Assembly (NCBI RefSeq): GCF_006345805.1
Contig: NC_043006.1
Span: 7,254,001 to 7,318,000, forward strand
Source of the DNA: Octopus sinensis
Taxonomy: Eukaryota
Reading direction: 5' to 3'
DNA: 64,000 nt
Shown: positions 26,921 through 40,700 of the stretch, piece by piece
Layout: each line of letters opens with the position of its first letter
Position numbering within the stretch: position 1 is the first letter of the stretch
Position numbers and translations under genes: made by a program
The notes under the pieces: generated by a model
Told to the model about the DNA's origin: nothing
The model's database searches: none
What the model saw: the letters and a program-made list of their open reading frames with translations, nothing else

Positions 26921-28049
26921 AAAGAAAGAAGGATAATAAGTAGTCGAATATTTCGGTTTTAATATTATCTCATCAGCAAGGCACAGAATTCGTTGTACTT
27001 CCAAAAGTGGTGAGGGAAAAATGATTTGAGTAAACGTACAATATTATAAACCTATTGATTATTTTGTAGTTTACAGGGGTATATATATATATAGCAATAA
27101 TATTATATATTACTTGCAACACCTTGAAGAGATTCATCCCTAATTTTGATTAAAAGCAGAGCTAGTTTCATAAAACAACTGCATTTACCTTCGTTACTTA
27201 AACCAAACATGCTTTCTAATAACGTACTTTTAAAACACGGTTAATTAATAATCAAATACACTAAAATGTTAAGGAAGCAGACCAAACATCGCATTCTTTC
27301 ATAATATGACTTGAAATAACTGAAAGTGATCAACGGAGAAATCGCACCTCTCAAGAAACCAAATCTTATTCAAAAATTTGTCGGACAAATACTATATTCA
27401 GAGAGTTTATGGTCTTTGATTATGGAATTAATTGATTCACAATTTTGCTGAAACTCATTTATCGCAGGAAACTTAAGGATATTGTATTAGACACAGACAA
27501 GCAGCAGAAACTTCAATCAGTCAGTTGTACAAACCCATAGAGTTAGGTAAAATAAAAATAAAAAACAAAACAAAAACAGTTTCATAGTAAAATGTTTGAA
27601 AGGCAGACGATAATAAAACAGTTACTTTTCCAACTGAAATGGTGCCAAGAGAAACGGGAAGACTTATCTGTTTATTATAGCTTCATTCGTATTTTTATCA
27701 ATTGGCTTTCAAAAATATCCTTTGTGTGAATAATGAAGTTGAATGTCAAACATAATCTCTACATATATAGGGTAACTTTTCTTCAGTGTTATATATAAAC
27801 ACAAAATTCTCTAATATTCTACATTACAGGTCAGCTTTTAAGAAGTGAGTCAATTTTGATTTTGTCATTTCTCGGTTCTAACAACAGTTTAATTTGTAAA
27901 TACGTGAGATGTCACATTAATTTCTTTTTACACGAGCCACTACCAAACGGATTGCAATTAATAAAATAAATCTAGTGTCATTTCATTATAGAGAACTTGC
28001 AGGTTTATGAGTGTAAATATAATACATACAAGACACTTTATTCAATAGC

Positions 28050-28434
28050 TGGAAGCACTCCGTCGGTTACGACGACGAGGGTTCCGGTTGATCCGAATTA
28101 ACGGAACAGCCTGCTCCTGAAATTAACGTGTAAGTGGCTGAGCACTCCACAGACTCGTGTACCCTTAACGTAGTTCTCGGGGATATTCAGCGTGACACAG
28201 AGAGTGACAAGGCCGGCCCTTTGAAATACAGGTACAACAGAAACAGGAAGTAAGTGTGAGATAAAGTTATGGTGAAAGAGTACAGCAGGGATCACCACCA
28301 CCCCCTGCCGGAGCCTCGTGGAGCTTTAGGTGTTTTCGCTCAATAAACACTCACAACGCCCGGTCTGGGAATCGAAACCGCGATCCTATGACCGCGAGTC
28401 CGCTGCCCTAACCACTGGGCCATTGCGCCCCCAC
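28050..28434 (-). mobile_element. SINE group A, tail type 2, full length
   Basis: Nearly identical to the 14971 copy. TSD attcaatagc at 28040-28049 and 28435-28444. Confidence 0.95.
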
Positions 28435-28788
28435 ATTCAATAGCAGGATACCAATGTGCATACATAAAGTAATAAAGCTGAAGTAATAAACAATTTACTA
28501 CAAATGTCAGTAGGAATAGAATTAAAACCTCCTCAGCAACAAAAGTCTGAGGATTATGTTTAACTATATACAACTCGTTAATAATATTAATAATAGACTG
28601 TAATTTTGGACGAAGTTGAGTAGCTGAAATAGCTATTATTAATTAAGAATATACATATAAAATTTGGTAAGTGAGTAACATAAGAAAATGTGTAAATTTA
28701 TCTACGACCGAATTCAACAACTCAAGACAATTTTTTTCCGTTTGTCTTTTGTGGTAAGACGTATCCATTATTGGGCGAGTATATTATA

Positions 28789-28997
28789 CAGGGTGTCCCA
28801 GAAGTCGCGCACCACTCTGGTTTTTTAAAAGAATACACCCTTACTGATTTCAAAAACACGTTATTGGAATTAATCATAACAGATGCTCAAATTGAGCACC
28901 CTCTACAATAAAACATGCCCAAAAAATATAATAAAATAAAATCTTTTAATTATTTTAAATGCAAAACAGAATGGTGTGCGACTTCTGGGACACCCTG
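28789..28997. mobile_element. Tc1/mariner-type MITE (209 bp)
   Basis: 26-bp TIRs cagggtgtcccagaagtcgc(g/a)cacca with 1 mismatch; TA on both flanks. Confidence 0.92.
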
Positions 28998-30291
28998 TAT
29001 TTCTCCGCGGTCGGAAAATAGGAAATGGAATTTGTGATATCCGTCCTTTTTCGAAGTTTATTAACTAGTTGAAGTGAGTTAAAGTTACTTCAACGTATAT
29101 CAAAACCCAACATATCTATCAGCAGTTATCTCCTCCGCTACTGTCTTTATCACACACTAATATACGCACATTTGAGTATTCTTCATTAATCCGCTATTTA
29201 CATTTCAGCTACTCAACTTCGTCCAAAATTACAGTCTATAATTTTTGGACAATACGCAAATATATCCTTTGAACACACATAATAATACTTGTTTATAGCA
29301 GGATCCTATTGATCGATAGATGTGATGTAGGATTTAATTCTTGTGTAATTGTTTCGGGTTTAACACGACAAAACCATGATTCCTCTTTGCGTGTATGATT
29401 ATCCGTTCTTCCTCTATTTCCCTAAGCAGTTGAACAATTCATAGAAATAATAAAGAAAACATTACTTACAAGTCCATAGGCAGAAAAAATATTGATCTCC
29501 CATGTGTACAAACATGGCATGTAGCTTTGGATTTAAAATCCATATAAATCCAGACCTTCCGGCTACTTTTTATTCCAGTAATTAGTTTCTAGAATCATTC
29601 AATGTTTTTATTAAATTCACCTCGGCACTTGGAAAATGCAACCGGATGAATGGGTAGTGTTGATGAACATCCTTCCTCTGACTTAAACATCTGCAAAGCA
29701 TTGCATATAACACTTATGCTAGCCAACAGTTTCATGTTAATGGAGAAATGTATGTTGTTGTCTGCTTATATATAATTCCTTACATCAGAACTCTTATCAA
29801 TGATGACATGATCCAGTACAGATATATTGATCTCTAATCTTAACACAAACTTGCAAAGAAATGTCAATAGGTACCTTGAACTTAATTTTTATTTTCTTAA
29901 ATTCGTCCCCTCGGAATTTCAACTCACAACGGAGCGAAATAGTTAAAGTTTCTAAATTTGAGTAAATTTATATAATGTTGAAGACCTACTAACTCAGGTC
30001 CCCTTGAAACAGGTTAACTACTCAAATTTTGGTTTCTTCTACGATTTTTAAAAGCCATATCATTTCTTGCTAAATACTGTTACAGTTCCAAAATTATTAG
30101 AAGAAAGAACGCATTAGTATAAGTTGAAAATGAATGCTTATACAACTGTTAATAGAAAATGAAAACAGAGGAGTGTAATGTGAAATAGAATCTTATATAA
30201 GTTTTTTTATAAGAGAAGCCTGTAATATAAATATCTATCAAATCTATTCAACTTTAGTAAAGCTTTAAGCTTCTCTCTCTCACTCTCTCTC

Positions 30292-30369
<78 letters not shown>

Positions 30370-30417
30370 AGTGTGTTTATACATATATTTCAATGAATCT
30401 GTATATACATACATACA

Positions 30418-30517
<100 letters not shown>

Positions 30518-30566
30518 TAGAGGGAAACAACTATGTATTATATATATATATATGTATATATATATA

Positions 30567-30972
30567 TTAGAGGGAAACAACTATGTGGACACCCTTATGC
30601 TAGAAATAGATCCGCTATGGTTTTACGACTAAGAAATGTTCTCAAGAAAAATTTTGCGAAACTACCAAAACGCAATCGAGCAAGACAAAAGAAAAAGCAA
30701 TAAAAATATGGATTATTCGCATACATGTTTCACTATTAACATCTGGACGGTCGCACCGATGATCTACGGACATTTATGTAAGTAAAATTACGTAATATGT
30801 TAATAGTGAAACATGTATGCGAATAATCCATATTTTTATTGCTTTTTCTTTTGTCTTGCTCGATTATATTTTAGTTGTTTTGCTAAATTTTTCTTGAGAA
30901 CATTTGTTAGTGGTAATACCATAGCGGATCTATTTCTAGCATAAGGGTGTCCACGTAGTGGTTTCCCTCTAA
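30567..30972. mobile_element. Foldback/MITE-like element with about 176-bp inverted arms
   Basis: Arms at 30567-30742 and 30797-30972, 54-bp spacer, ends ta|gagggaaac...gtttccctc|ta. Confidence 0.75.
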
Positions 30973-31097
30973 TATGTATATAATACAATTTTACTGAACC
31001 TTCAGTTTTTTTATATGCTAGACCACTGGTGTGAAATCGATGTTAATTAAATTAATATCTAACTTCTCACCCTCATTTTAAATTTAAACATATATAT

Positions 31098-31491
31098 AGG
31101 CGCAGGAGTGGCTGTGTGGTAAGTAGCTTGTTTACCAACCACATGGTTCCGGGTTCAGTTCCACTGCATGGCACCTTGGGCAAGTGTCTTCTACTATAGC
31201 CTCGGGCCGACCAAAGACTTGTGAGTGGATTTGGTGGACAGAAACTGAAAGAAGCCTGTCGTATATATGTATATATATGCGTGTGTTTGTCTGTGTTTGT
31301 CCCCCTAGCATTGCTTCACAACCGATGCTCGTGTGTTTATGTTCCAGCTACTTAGCGGTTCGGCAAAAGAGACCGATAGAATAAGTACTGGGCTTACAAA
31401 AGAATAAGTCCCGGGGTCGAGGTGCTCGATTAAAGGCGGTGCTCCAGCATGGCCGCAGTCAAATGACTGAAAAAAGTAATAGAGTAAAAGA

Positions 31492-31493
<2 letters not shown>
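31098..31493 (+). mobile_element. SINE group B, full length
   Basis: Consensus-like copy. Confidence 0.95.
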
Positions 31494-31538
<45 letters not shown>

Positions 31539-32100
31539 CATACATATGAATGTGTACGAGTGTTTATCTATACTCTTTACCCGCTTCATTTAGTTACATT
31601 CTGAGATAAAATAATTAGGGTACATATAATCAATTTTTTATTAGTTCACAGATAGGAATATATTACATATACAAAATCTGTATTTTCCTCCATGGGGGGA
31701 AACCTAAGTTTAATTACTAATTATGCCTTGCAACGTAATTTTAAAATCGCCGTTAATTACAGAAATTTCATAGAACATCCGAATCATGAAACTCTTTTAA
31801 AATAAACGTGTAGCTTTGAGCGAATGTTATGTTTTATCTAATAAAACATGCTTACTCGACTTAACGTCCATAAGGCAAAAACAGGAAAAAATGTAATCTG
31901 TAACAAAATAATACAATCTTTTCAACTTAAAAGTGAATAAAAAGAATCCAGTCTCCTTATGTTTGATAATGTTTGAATTTCAAATTAGTGAAAATAACTT
32001 ATTGGTTTGATTTAAAATCTCTTCGTTGTTTTCATTTAAATTTCTAACTCTCAAGTCTTTTCTGGCACCAGTAATATATATTATTAACGTATTCGATTAT

Positions 32101-32309
32101 TTATTGCCCACAAGGGGCTAAACAAGGACAGACAACGGGACTAAATCGATTATATCCACCCCAGTACGTAACTGGTACTTATTTAATCGACTCCGAAAGG
32201 ATGAAAGGCAAAGTCGACCTCGGCGGAATTTGAACTCAGAACGTAACGGCAGACGAAATACTGCTAAGCATTTCGCCCGGCGTGCTAACGTTTCTGCCAG
32301 CTCGCCGCC
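32101..32309 (-). mobile_element. SINE group C monomer
   Basis: Head, B-box and core are all present. Confidence 0.92.
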
Positions 32310-32331
32310 TTATTATATTATCTGGAAATAA

Positions 32332-32521
32332 ATATTGCTTTCAAATTTTGGCACAAAGCCAACTGTTCGACTTACATCGACTCCAGTACTCAACTGGTGC
32401 TTATTTTGTCGACTCCGAAGAATGAAATGCAAAGTTGACCGCGGCGGAATTTGAAGTCAGGACATGAAGACGGACGAAATGCACTCAGCCCGACGTACAA
32501 TCGATTCTAAATTTCAACTAC
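32332..32521 (-). mobile_element. Older SINE group C copy with alternative tail
   Basis: Degenerate core, tail ttcaaattttggcacaaagcc, and a 14-bp TSD ttatctggaaataa (32318-32331 and 32522-32535). Confidence 0.8.
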
Positions 32522-32966
32522 TTATCTGGAAATAAGCATTAGAGTCGGGCAAGGAGGAGATATGTCCCTGTGGGCTTCAATAAAACACAGAGTAATCCAG
32601 CAGTTCCAGCAGCGGAGAGTGTGGTTGGCTTCTAATAGTGTGGTTCCTATCTAGTCTATGAAATAGCGGTCGAATGGTTGAGTGAATTAAGCTCTCTATT
32701 CCTTCCTCAACAGAAGTTTAAATTTTGCAATGCTTTTGAACATAAACCCAGGTATTTGTGAACAATGGTGGCCTGGCAAGGAATACTGTGTGAGCCAGGC
32801 TAACAGGACGAGATAGAAAGAAGATCCGCGTTTCTGAGCAAGTCCAGAGTAAAAAGAAGTCCCAGAAGAAAGATGTTAATCAAGCAGACACGGATAGGTT
32901 TGTGTGTGTGTTTACATAAATGCCTGTGTATTCATACACACGTATCATTGAAAATTTGTTAACATG

Positions 32967-33334
32967 TACTCTTTTACTTGTTTCAGTCATTTGACTGTGG
33001 CCATGCTGGAGCACCGCCTTTAGTCGAGTATATCGGGACTTATTCTTTGTAAGCCCAGTACTTATTCGAACCGCTAAGTGACGGGGACATAAACACACCA
33101 GCATCGGTTGTCAAGCAATGCTAGAGGGACAAACACAGACACACAAACATATACACACAAACATATACACACAAACATATACACACACATACATATATAT
33201 ATACATATATACGACAGGCTTCTTTCAGTTTCCGTCTACCAAATCCACTCACAAGGCTTTGGTCGGCCCGAGGCTATAGCAGAAGACACTTGCCCAAGAT
33301 GCCACGCAGTGGGACTGAACCCGGAACCATGTGG
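32967..33334 (-). mobile_element. SINE group B, 5'-truncated with an internal deletion
   Basis: Matches the group B body and tail. Confidence 0.9.
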
Positions 33335-33625
33335 ATGTATTTTCGGAAATATTAAAATTCAATGTTATTTCCTATTTCTAAACATGTAAACACAATATAA
33401 ACAGCTGCCATCTTTGTCAGATGAATTCTACAGTTAAAAATGTGATTATCTCCATACGCGTTTTTGTTGTCTAATTCTCTAAATTTCTCGAAGATATTTA
33501 GATCTACTTGTCATACATCGGGAATTACCTTGTATTCTACTTGAATTTCTCGATATCTGTTGAATTGAGTCAACGAAATTCGTTTAATACTGAGTGATTC
33601 TTTGATATCAGCCTGGATTTTTAAC

Positions 33626-33792
33626 TCTTCTTCTTCTTCTTCTTCTTCTTCTTCTTCTTCTTCTTCTTCTTCTTCTTCTTCTTCTTCTTCTTCTTCTTCT
33701 TCTTCTTCTTCTTCTTCTCCTTCTTCTTCTCTTTTCCTTCTTCTTCTTCTCTTCTCCTTCTTCTTCTTCTTCTTCTTCTTCTTCTTCTTCTT
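33626..33792. repeat. (TTC)n array, about 31 perfect units then interrupted
   Basis: Direct reading. Confidence 0.95.
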
Positions 33793-35284
33793 TATTATGT
33801 GTGTGTGTGTGTGTGTGTGTGCGTATGTGTGTGTGTTTGTGTGTAAAGATCAGGAGAACGGAGATTTACACATCCATATCTTATACAGTTATCTGAAGCA
33901 TTCTTCCCTTGGACCTACGCACGTTTCGGCTGCCGCTGCTGCACGTCATTAAGTGTGCATCATGGTGTTAATTTTCGGTGCAGCTTCTTCAGGGTCCTTT
34001 GCTGCCGTTCGAAGATCATCTCAAGAATACTATGAGACTGACCGATTAGGAATCTTTTAGTAAGTGTTGCTGTTACTAAACATAATTATATTTCCTCGTG
34101 ACCTGAGGGTTATCTCGGTCAGTTAGGCATTTATTGTTGGGTTTGGTTTTAAAATAGGCCAAGGTTTAGGGTCCCTTAGCATCATAGTCCAGCTCTTTGC
34201 TTATTTAGAGGAGTATTGTTATTGTTTTGTGGTATTATATATATATTATATAAATAATACCTCAAAATAATAGGTTAATTATATAATTATTAACCTATAC
34301 CTTTATAATTTTCTTGTTATATCATATTAAATTAAATAACCTGCTTATACTTCATTTTATTAAACTTAATCTTAACCTTGAACCTACGAACACACACGTA
34401 TATATATGTATGTATGTATATGTGTATGTATGTATGTGTATGTATAATCTATTTTTGCGTTACCTTCTATTCCACTTTATATATGTCTGTCTATATCAAA
34501 ATTTGCAATTTTCTCGTGTATATGAAGTCTATTTATTTTCATGCCTATAAACCATTTTAGACGTCCTGAGGAATACTCCCGTCACTCCACTGTATAAACA
34601 TACTTCTGTAGATCTGTTGGAAACAAGGAACTTTAAATAAACTTTACAGCTGGTCCCATATGAACGTAGCGTCTGAAAATACATCGCACGGTCCATTAAT
34701 CTTCCATGAAACATTCTCAAATATAATTTGATACAGATAATATCCCCCGCCTGATAAAATCAACAACCACGATATTTTATCTAGAAGACTTCTTATAAGA
34801 TGTACTTGTTAACCTAACATTACATTTTCTATACAATTATTAATACCTTAGTCGAAAACGAAAATCAGAAAATTTATGTCATTATTCGTTTTATTCTAAT
34901 GATCCAATGAAAATTTCTTTCACTCGTTTTACAACTGGGTATTTTTGTTCTTTTTCGGAAGTTTGTAACTGAGACATTCCTTTACGATAAACATTTAATT
35001 CAGTAGTAAATAGTGTTGCTTTACTACATCATTCATTTTTCTTCTCTGACTCCCTGTCTCTCTCCCTTTCTCTATCTCTCATTCTGACAGCGGAACATAC
35101 GCTTAGGCCTAGGAATACACTATTTACATATTTTAGGATGTAAATATATATATGAATATGAGTGTGTGTATGTGTTTATGTGTGTGGATGTGTATGGATT
35201 CTCGCGTATGGGATTTTGTAAGAAACACAAACCTGTAACGTATACGTGTTTTTTTTTCTAATAGGATGAAGTGGAAAATTCATT

Positions 35285-35595
35285 TTCAAATATAGATAGA
35301 CATTGGCAGACAGACAGAGACTCAGACAGACAGACACACAGGCAGGCAGACAGACATACATATATAATATAGATAGACAGAAAGACAGACAGACCAATGG
35401 ATGGATTGGTCGACAAACATATAGTGAGAGGGGGTGAGAGATAGATAGATAGACAGACAGACAGGCAGACAGATAGACAGGCAGACAGACAGACAGATAG
35501 ATAGATAGATAGATAGATATAGATATATAGATAGATAGATAGACAGACAGACAGATAGATAGATAGATAAATAGATATATAGATAGATAGATAGT

Positions 35596-35650
<55 letters not shown>

Positions 35651-35746
35651 TAGATAGATAGATAGATATATAGATATATAGATAGATAGATAGACAGACA
35701 GACAGATAGATAGATAGATAAATAGATATATAGATAGATAGATAGT

Positions 35747-35830
<84 letters not shown>
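35285..35830. repeat. (GATA/GACA)n array
   Basis: Direct reading. Confidence 0.95.
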
Positions 35831-36441
35831 ATGAGTGATTGATAGATGGATAGTTTTGTAGAAAATAGGAAACATGATATCTTAAGAGAAATATTGCTGA
35901 AAAGAATAATAACCATGAAATATTTCTTTCATATACTCGAGAAATTTGAATGGAAGAATTTAATTTATTAGTTTCTGTGAATAAATTGAACAATAAGAAA
36001 TATCCGTGAAAGGAAGCGATTTCACCCATATAGTGCGTTTCAAATGAATGCTGATCGACAGGAACAAAGAACTGAATGCCATCATGATAATTCTAATACA
36101 TCTTACCGTTTTTTTTTTATTTAACAATATTTTGAATTGCTAAAATATTGATCAGACTCTGTAAATGTATAGAAATATTTTATAGAAAGTCATTCTTATA
36201 GCATAAAGAATATTTATTTATGTTTGAAAGCAGATATTGCTCGATGTGGTTATTTTCTTTTAGGGTAACATTCAGTGAATTAAGAAAAAACTAACAGTTG
36301 GCGAAAGGAGAAAAAAAATTATATCCAAAGAGATTTTGTCAGTTGTCAGTAAATACGCAAAACCTAGTGTGTGAGTGTATCAATAAAACTAGAAAATATT
36401 CATAATAGTGATGACAGTTTAGCTATATTTGCTGAACTGGA

Positions 36442-36785
36442 GGCGGTGAGTTGGCAGAAACGTTAGCACGCCGGGCAAAATGCTTAGCAGTATTTCGTCT
36501 GCCACTACGTCCTGAGTTCAAATTCCGCCGAGGCCGACTTTGCCTTTCATCCTTTCGGGGTCGATAAATAAGTACCGGTTACGCACTGGGGTCGATATAA
36601 TCGACTTAATCCGTTTGTCTTTCCTTGTGTGTAGCCCCTTGTAGGCAGTAAAGAAATAGGTGTTTTGTCTGTCGTTATGTTCTGAGTTCAAATTCCGCCG
36701 AGGTCATCTTTGCCTTTCATACTCTCTGGGTCGATAAATAAAGTACCAGTTTCGCACTGGGTCGATGTAATCGACTTAATCCCTT
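36442..36785 (+). mobile_element. SINE group C, head plus about 1.6 body units
   Basis: Junction aaagaaatag|gtgttttgtctg re-enters the body upstream of the B-box. Confidence 0.9.
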
Positions 36786-37591
36786 TAAGTATATATTTAC
36801 TGGACTGCTTTGTGTGTGTGTGTGTGTGTCTGTGACACAGAGAGAGAGACTATATGCGTGTATGTGTGTGAGCATTTCTCTAAAGGCTCTTGTTTACAAT
36901 TATGCTTCCCTAGGGGTGCAGTACAGCTACATAATTTACAACCAATTTACTGAATTAATGAAACCCTTTGTTTTATTTAGACTATTACTTTTCGCTTTAA
37001 TTTGTCTTCCTCTCTCTCAATCTCACTTTATCTCTCTATCTCCTCCTCTATCGTTTACTATTTTTTCTCTAAACTTTTATATATTTACACAAGGTTTTCT
37101 CGTTTTCTATAATGCATCTACCATTATCTCCCATTTGCTCTCATCACTCGTTCATCTTTTAAGAAGGTGGATTTCAAATGATATTATTACTATTATGGCG
37201 CCGTGCTTCTGTACATGAAACGTCATAAAAATATTATTACATTCACCCTTATTAAAAATGAGACAATTAGGCCCAATAAGCAAAACATAATTAGTAGCTA
37301 TTTTTATATGAAGTTTTAAAAATGATTACATCCTCAATTTTTGCTCAATTCCTTTTAATAAACCAAAAACGGAGCCACTACGGTGTCGCATTATCTTCTA
37401 GAAATAGCAGTCATATTAAGACTTCAAATTTCTCTTACAGTCTTAATTAATGAAGAAAACATTAAGCAAATTAGTACTTAAATGAGATGGTCACAGACAG
37501 AATACCACTAGGATTCTAGAACTCTCCTAGAGTAAACAGCTAAAAAATAACGTTGCATTTCCTTTTGTTCTCACAACAAAAGCATGCAATT

Positions 37592-38477
37592 ATTGGTTTC
37601 AAATTTTGGCAAATGGCCAGCAATTTTGGGGAAGGGGTTAAGTTCATTGCATCGATCCCAGTCGTCAACTGGTACTTATTTTATCGAATCCGAAAGGATG
37701 AAAGGCAAAGTCGACCACGGCGGAATTTGAACACAGAATGTGAAGTCGGATGAAATACCTATTTCTTTACTACCCACAAGGGGCTAAACACAGAGAGTAC
37801 AAACAAGGACAGGGACAAACGGGTTAAGTCGATTATACCAACCCCAGTGCGTAACTTGTACTTATTTAATCGACTCCGAAAGGATGAAAGGCAAAGTCGA
37901 CCTCGGCGGAATTTGAACTCAGAACGTAGCGGCAGACGAAATACAGCAAAGCATTTCGCCCGGCGTGCTAACAATTCTGCCAGCTCGCCGCATTAGTCAG
38001 GCGAAATACATATTTCTTTACTACCTACAAGGGGCTAAACACAGAGAGGACAAACAAGGACAGAGACAAACGGATTAAGTCGATTATATCGACCAAAGTG
38101 CGTAACTGGTATTTATTTAATCAACTCCGAAAGGATGAAAGGCAAACTCGACCTCGGCGGAATTTGAACTCAGAACATAGCGGCAGACGAAATACCTGTT
38201 TTTTTTTTATTACCCACAAGGGGTTAAACATAGAGGGGACAAGCAAGGACATACATAGGTATTAAGTCGATTTCATCGACCCCAGTGTTTAACTGGTACT
38301 TAATTTATCGACCCCGAAAGGATGAAAGGCAAAGTCGACCTCGGCGGAATTTGAACTCAGAACGTAACGGCAGACGAAATACCTATTTCTTTACTACCCA
38401 CAAGCGGCTAAACACAGAGGGGAAAAACAAGGGCAGACAAATGGATAAATCGATTGCATGTTTCTGCCAGCTCGCCA
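37592..38477 (-). mobile_element. SINE group C cluster/concatemer (two heads, about 4.4 body units)
   Basis: Repeated units with a period of about 187 bp. Heads end at about 37991 and 38477. Confidence 0.92.
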
Positions 38478-39309
38478 CCTTGTAAAAACATATAACTATT
38501 CATCAACTTTAAGTTAATCACGACTAATTCCAGTGATATTTCAGCCCTGTTTTCGTCACCTTGTATTGGGACTCTCTGCATTAATAGGTTTTCGTTTGAG
38601 GGAGATATGAGCTGCAGCTTCTCGCTTCTGTAGTAATCTTGTAAAGGTGCACTTGCTTACTGAATCCTTAAACATGTTTTCTTGATTAGCTCTTGGTTCC
38701 TACCTGAACTGATAGAACAGGTACGAAATCAAAAACCTGTTCATGACTAGAAGGGAAGAGCTATGACCACATTTAGGGACTCCAAGACTGGGGAAAACGA
38801 GATATGTTGTCCCCAAATTGGAGAGCAGGTCCTAATATTTACCACAGAATGGATTGCCGAAAATTATGTGAATTTAATTTAAACCGAGTGATGGATTAAT
38901 TTTACCATCGATAACATAAAAAGTCTCATATTGTGGTAGAGAATTATCGTCAACAAGATATTTGGCTGGTATTTATGTAATTGGCCCAGAATATTCGTTA
39001 TGCAGTGTTCATTATCATTAAGATATAAATAAAAATAAAAAAAAAGACACAGATAACTACCAAAAAACGGTGCTACTATGGTGTCATATGACCTTCTAGA
39101 AATAGTATTCAAATTAGGACTTCGAATTTCCCTGACAAATTTCAGATGGCAGATCATGGGTTCCACAGCCTTATATATTGAGGACTATCGTATTATAAAG
39201 AATGACACTGCTCACTATTGCATGCATTTAAAGGGACAGCCTTTACTTGGTCACGTGGATGCTAAAAATAAAAGCATATTCTCAAATTATATCCCACTAT
39301 TTTAAGTAA

Positions 39310-39850
39310 AGAAAGTATTGGGTGATCTAGTCGTTGATATAGACAAGAGAATAGGGTGGTCAAGATTCGTCAGCAAATGGCCCCAAGTGTTACACCTCAC
39401 CCAATCCTACACCAGAAATTGTCATACTCCATAAATTTTGGTAACTCCTCAATTTCATGATGTGTCTACCGAGAGTCACATCAATGTAGCTGAGTTGATT
39501 TTTGTACCAAAGTCAGCAGAATATAACATCTAATAAGGCCTGATACTTAGGTAAATGTGGCCAATAGAGCCTGGTCTACGTTGAGCAAGAAAAGTAGAGA
39601 TCCAGAGAGGTACTGAATGTGTCCATAACTCCTCTTCGTTGGTCTTGTGCTCTCACCATCAGATAAGTTAATCTGTCACGAGAAGCCAGGTGCATGTACC
39701 CTCAAAAACATCTTCAAACTCCTTCTTTATACTTCATGTTTCGGCACGATGTTGAGGAATCCTGTATACACGTTTCTCTGAGTAAAGCAAATTTTGGTGA
39801 AATTCAAGTACCAGCTTGCCAGTTATTTGGAAGCCAGTGTAAGGAAATAA
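39310..39850 (-). mobile_element. Degenerate RTE LINE, post-RT region
   Basis: One frame reads RAET*SIKKEFEDVFEGTCT..W*EHKTNEEE..LAQRRPGSIGH, like the RTE motifs GAETW, WxxHxTNEE and RRxxFxGH. Confidence 0.65.
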
Positions 39851-39889
39851 TTCCTATTTTCATTAACATTTGATAATATTAACGGAAAG

Positions 39890-40355
39890 GAAAATTTTTC
39901 ATGTCCTATTGAGCATCGCTATTCAGGGAGAGATTACCGAAGCCACCTTGTTCATGTACAGAAACAACTTTTGGGCAAAGTACAGACGAGCCGATCAAAA
40001 AACTGGAATTGCTCAAGAAAAAAAATCAAGTTTCTTTCCTCTTCGTGATCGTAGTGGTCTACATTCTTAGGAAACGTAAAGGCTTTTTATGAAAAGTAGC
40101 GATAAATGTATACAGTTAGATGAAGTGAGGTAGGAATAAAAGTAATAAAAGGCATTATTGTGAATTGTTAAAGAGATTTAAAAGCATACAGGTTCCGTAA
40201 ATTTACTAATCATTGCTTTGAATGCACACCGATTAATGGACGGTGTCAGGTCTACTAGTCCCTGAGTAAAGAGATTATGTGTAAAGGAGGTAAGTAGTTC
40301 TGGATTTGGTGCAACTAGGGTAGATATAGATCTGTAATGTGACTGGTTTGGGGAC

Positions 40356-40430
<75 letters not shown>

Positions 40431-40700
40431 GGACCTTAAAAATACTGATGATCTCACAGCTCATCAACAGCGTGAAGAAAAGGACTTGTTAGCATCGCTT
40501 GAATGTGTTGCTATCAAGGTCAATTTATGTTTCATATGCAAAGAAGACTGCATACATGAAGATGAAAGCCACTGCCAGCTTGCTCAAATGATGACACACA
40601 AATCAATGAACAATGAAGTATGTTAAATTCTAATGTTACCGATATCTTCGAACGTGAATGGGCTCAAAAAGAGCTATATTGACGCTAATATACACAACTT
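39890..40700 (+). mobile_element. Degenerate RTE LINE, RT-domain region
   Basis: FLFVIVVVYILRK (40032-40074), DLKNTDDL (YADD-like, about 40444) and AKKTAYM (40538-40558). Interrupted by (TA)n. Confidence 0.6.

Noticed and set aside
26941-26980. Minus-strand CTGATGA...CGAAA hammerhead-like motif
   Set aside because: Stem II and helix I do not pair. Similar partial hits at 11475, 33985, 50225, 54762 and 62231 fail for the same reason.
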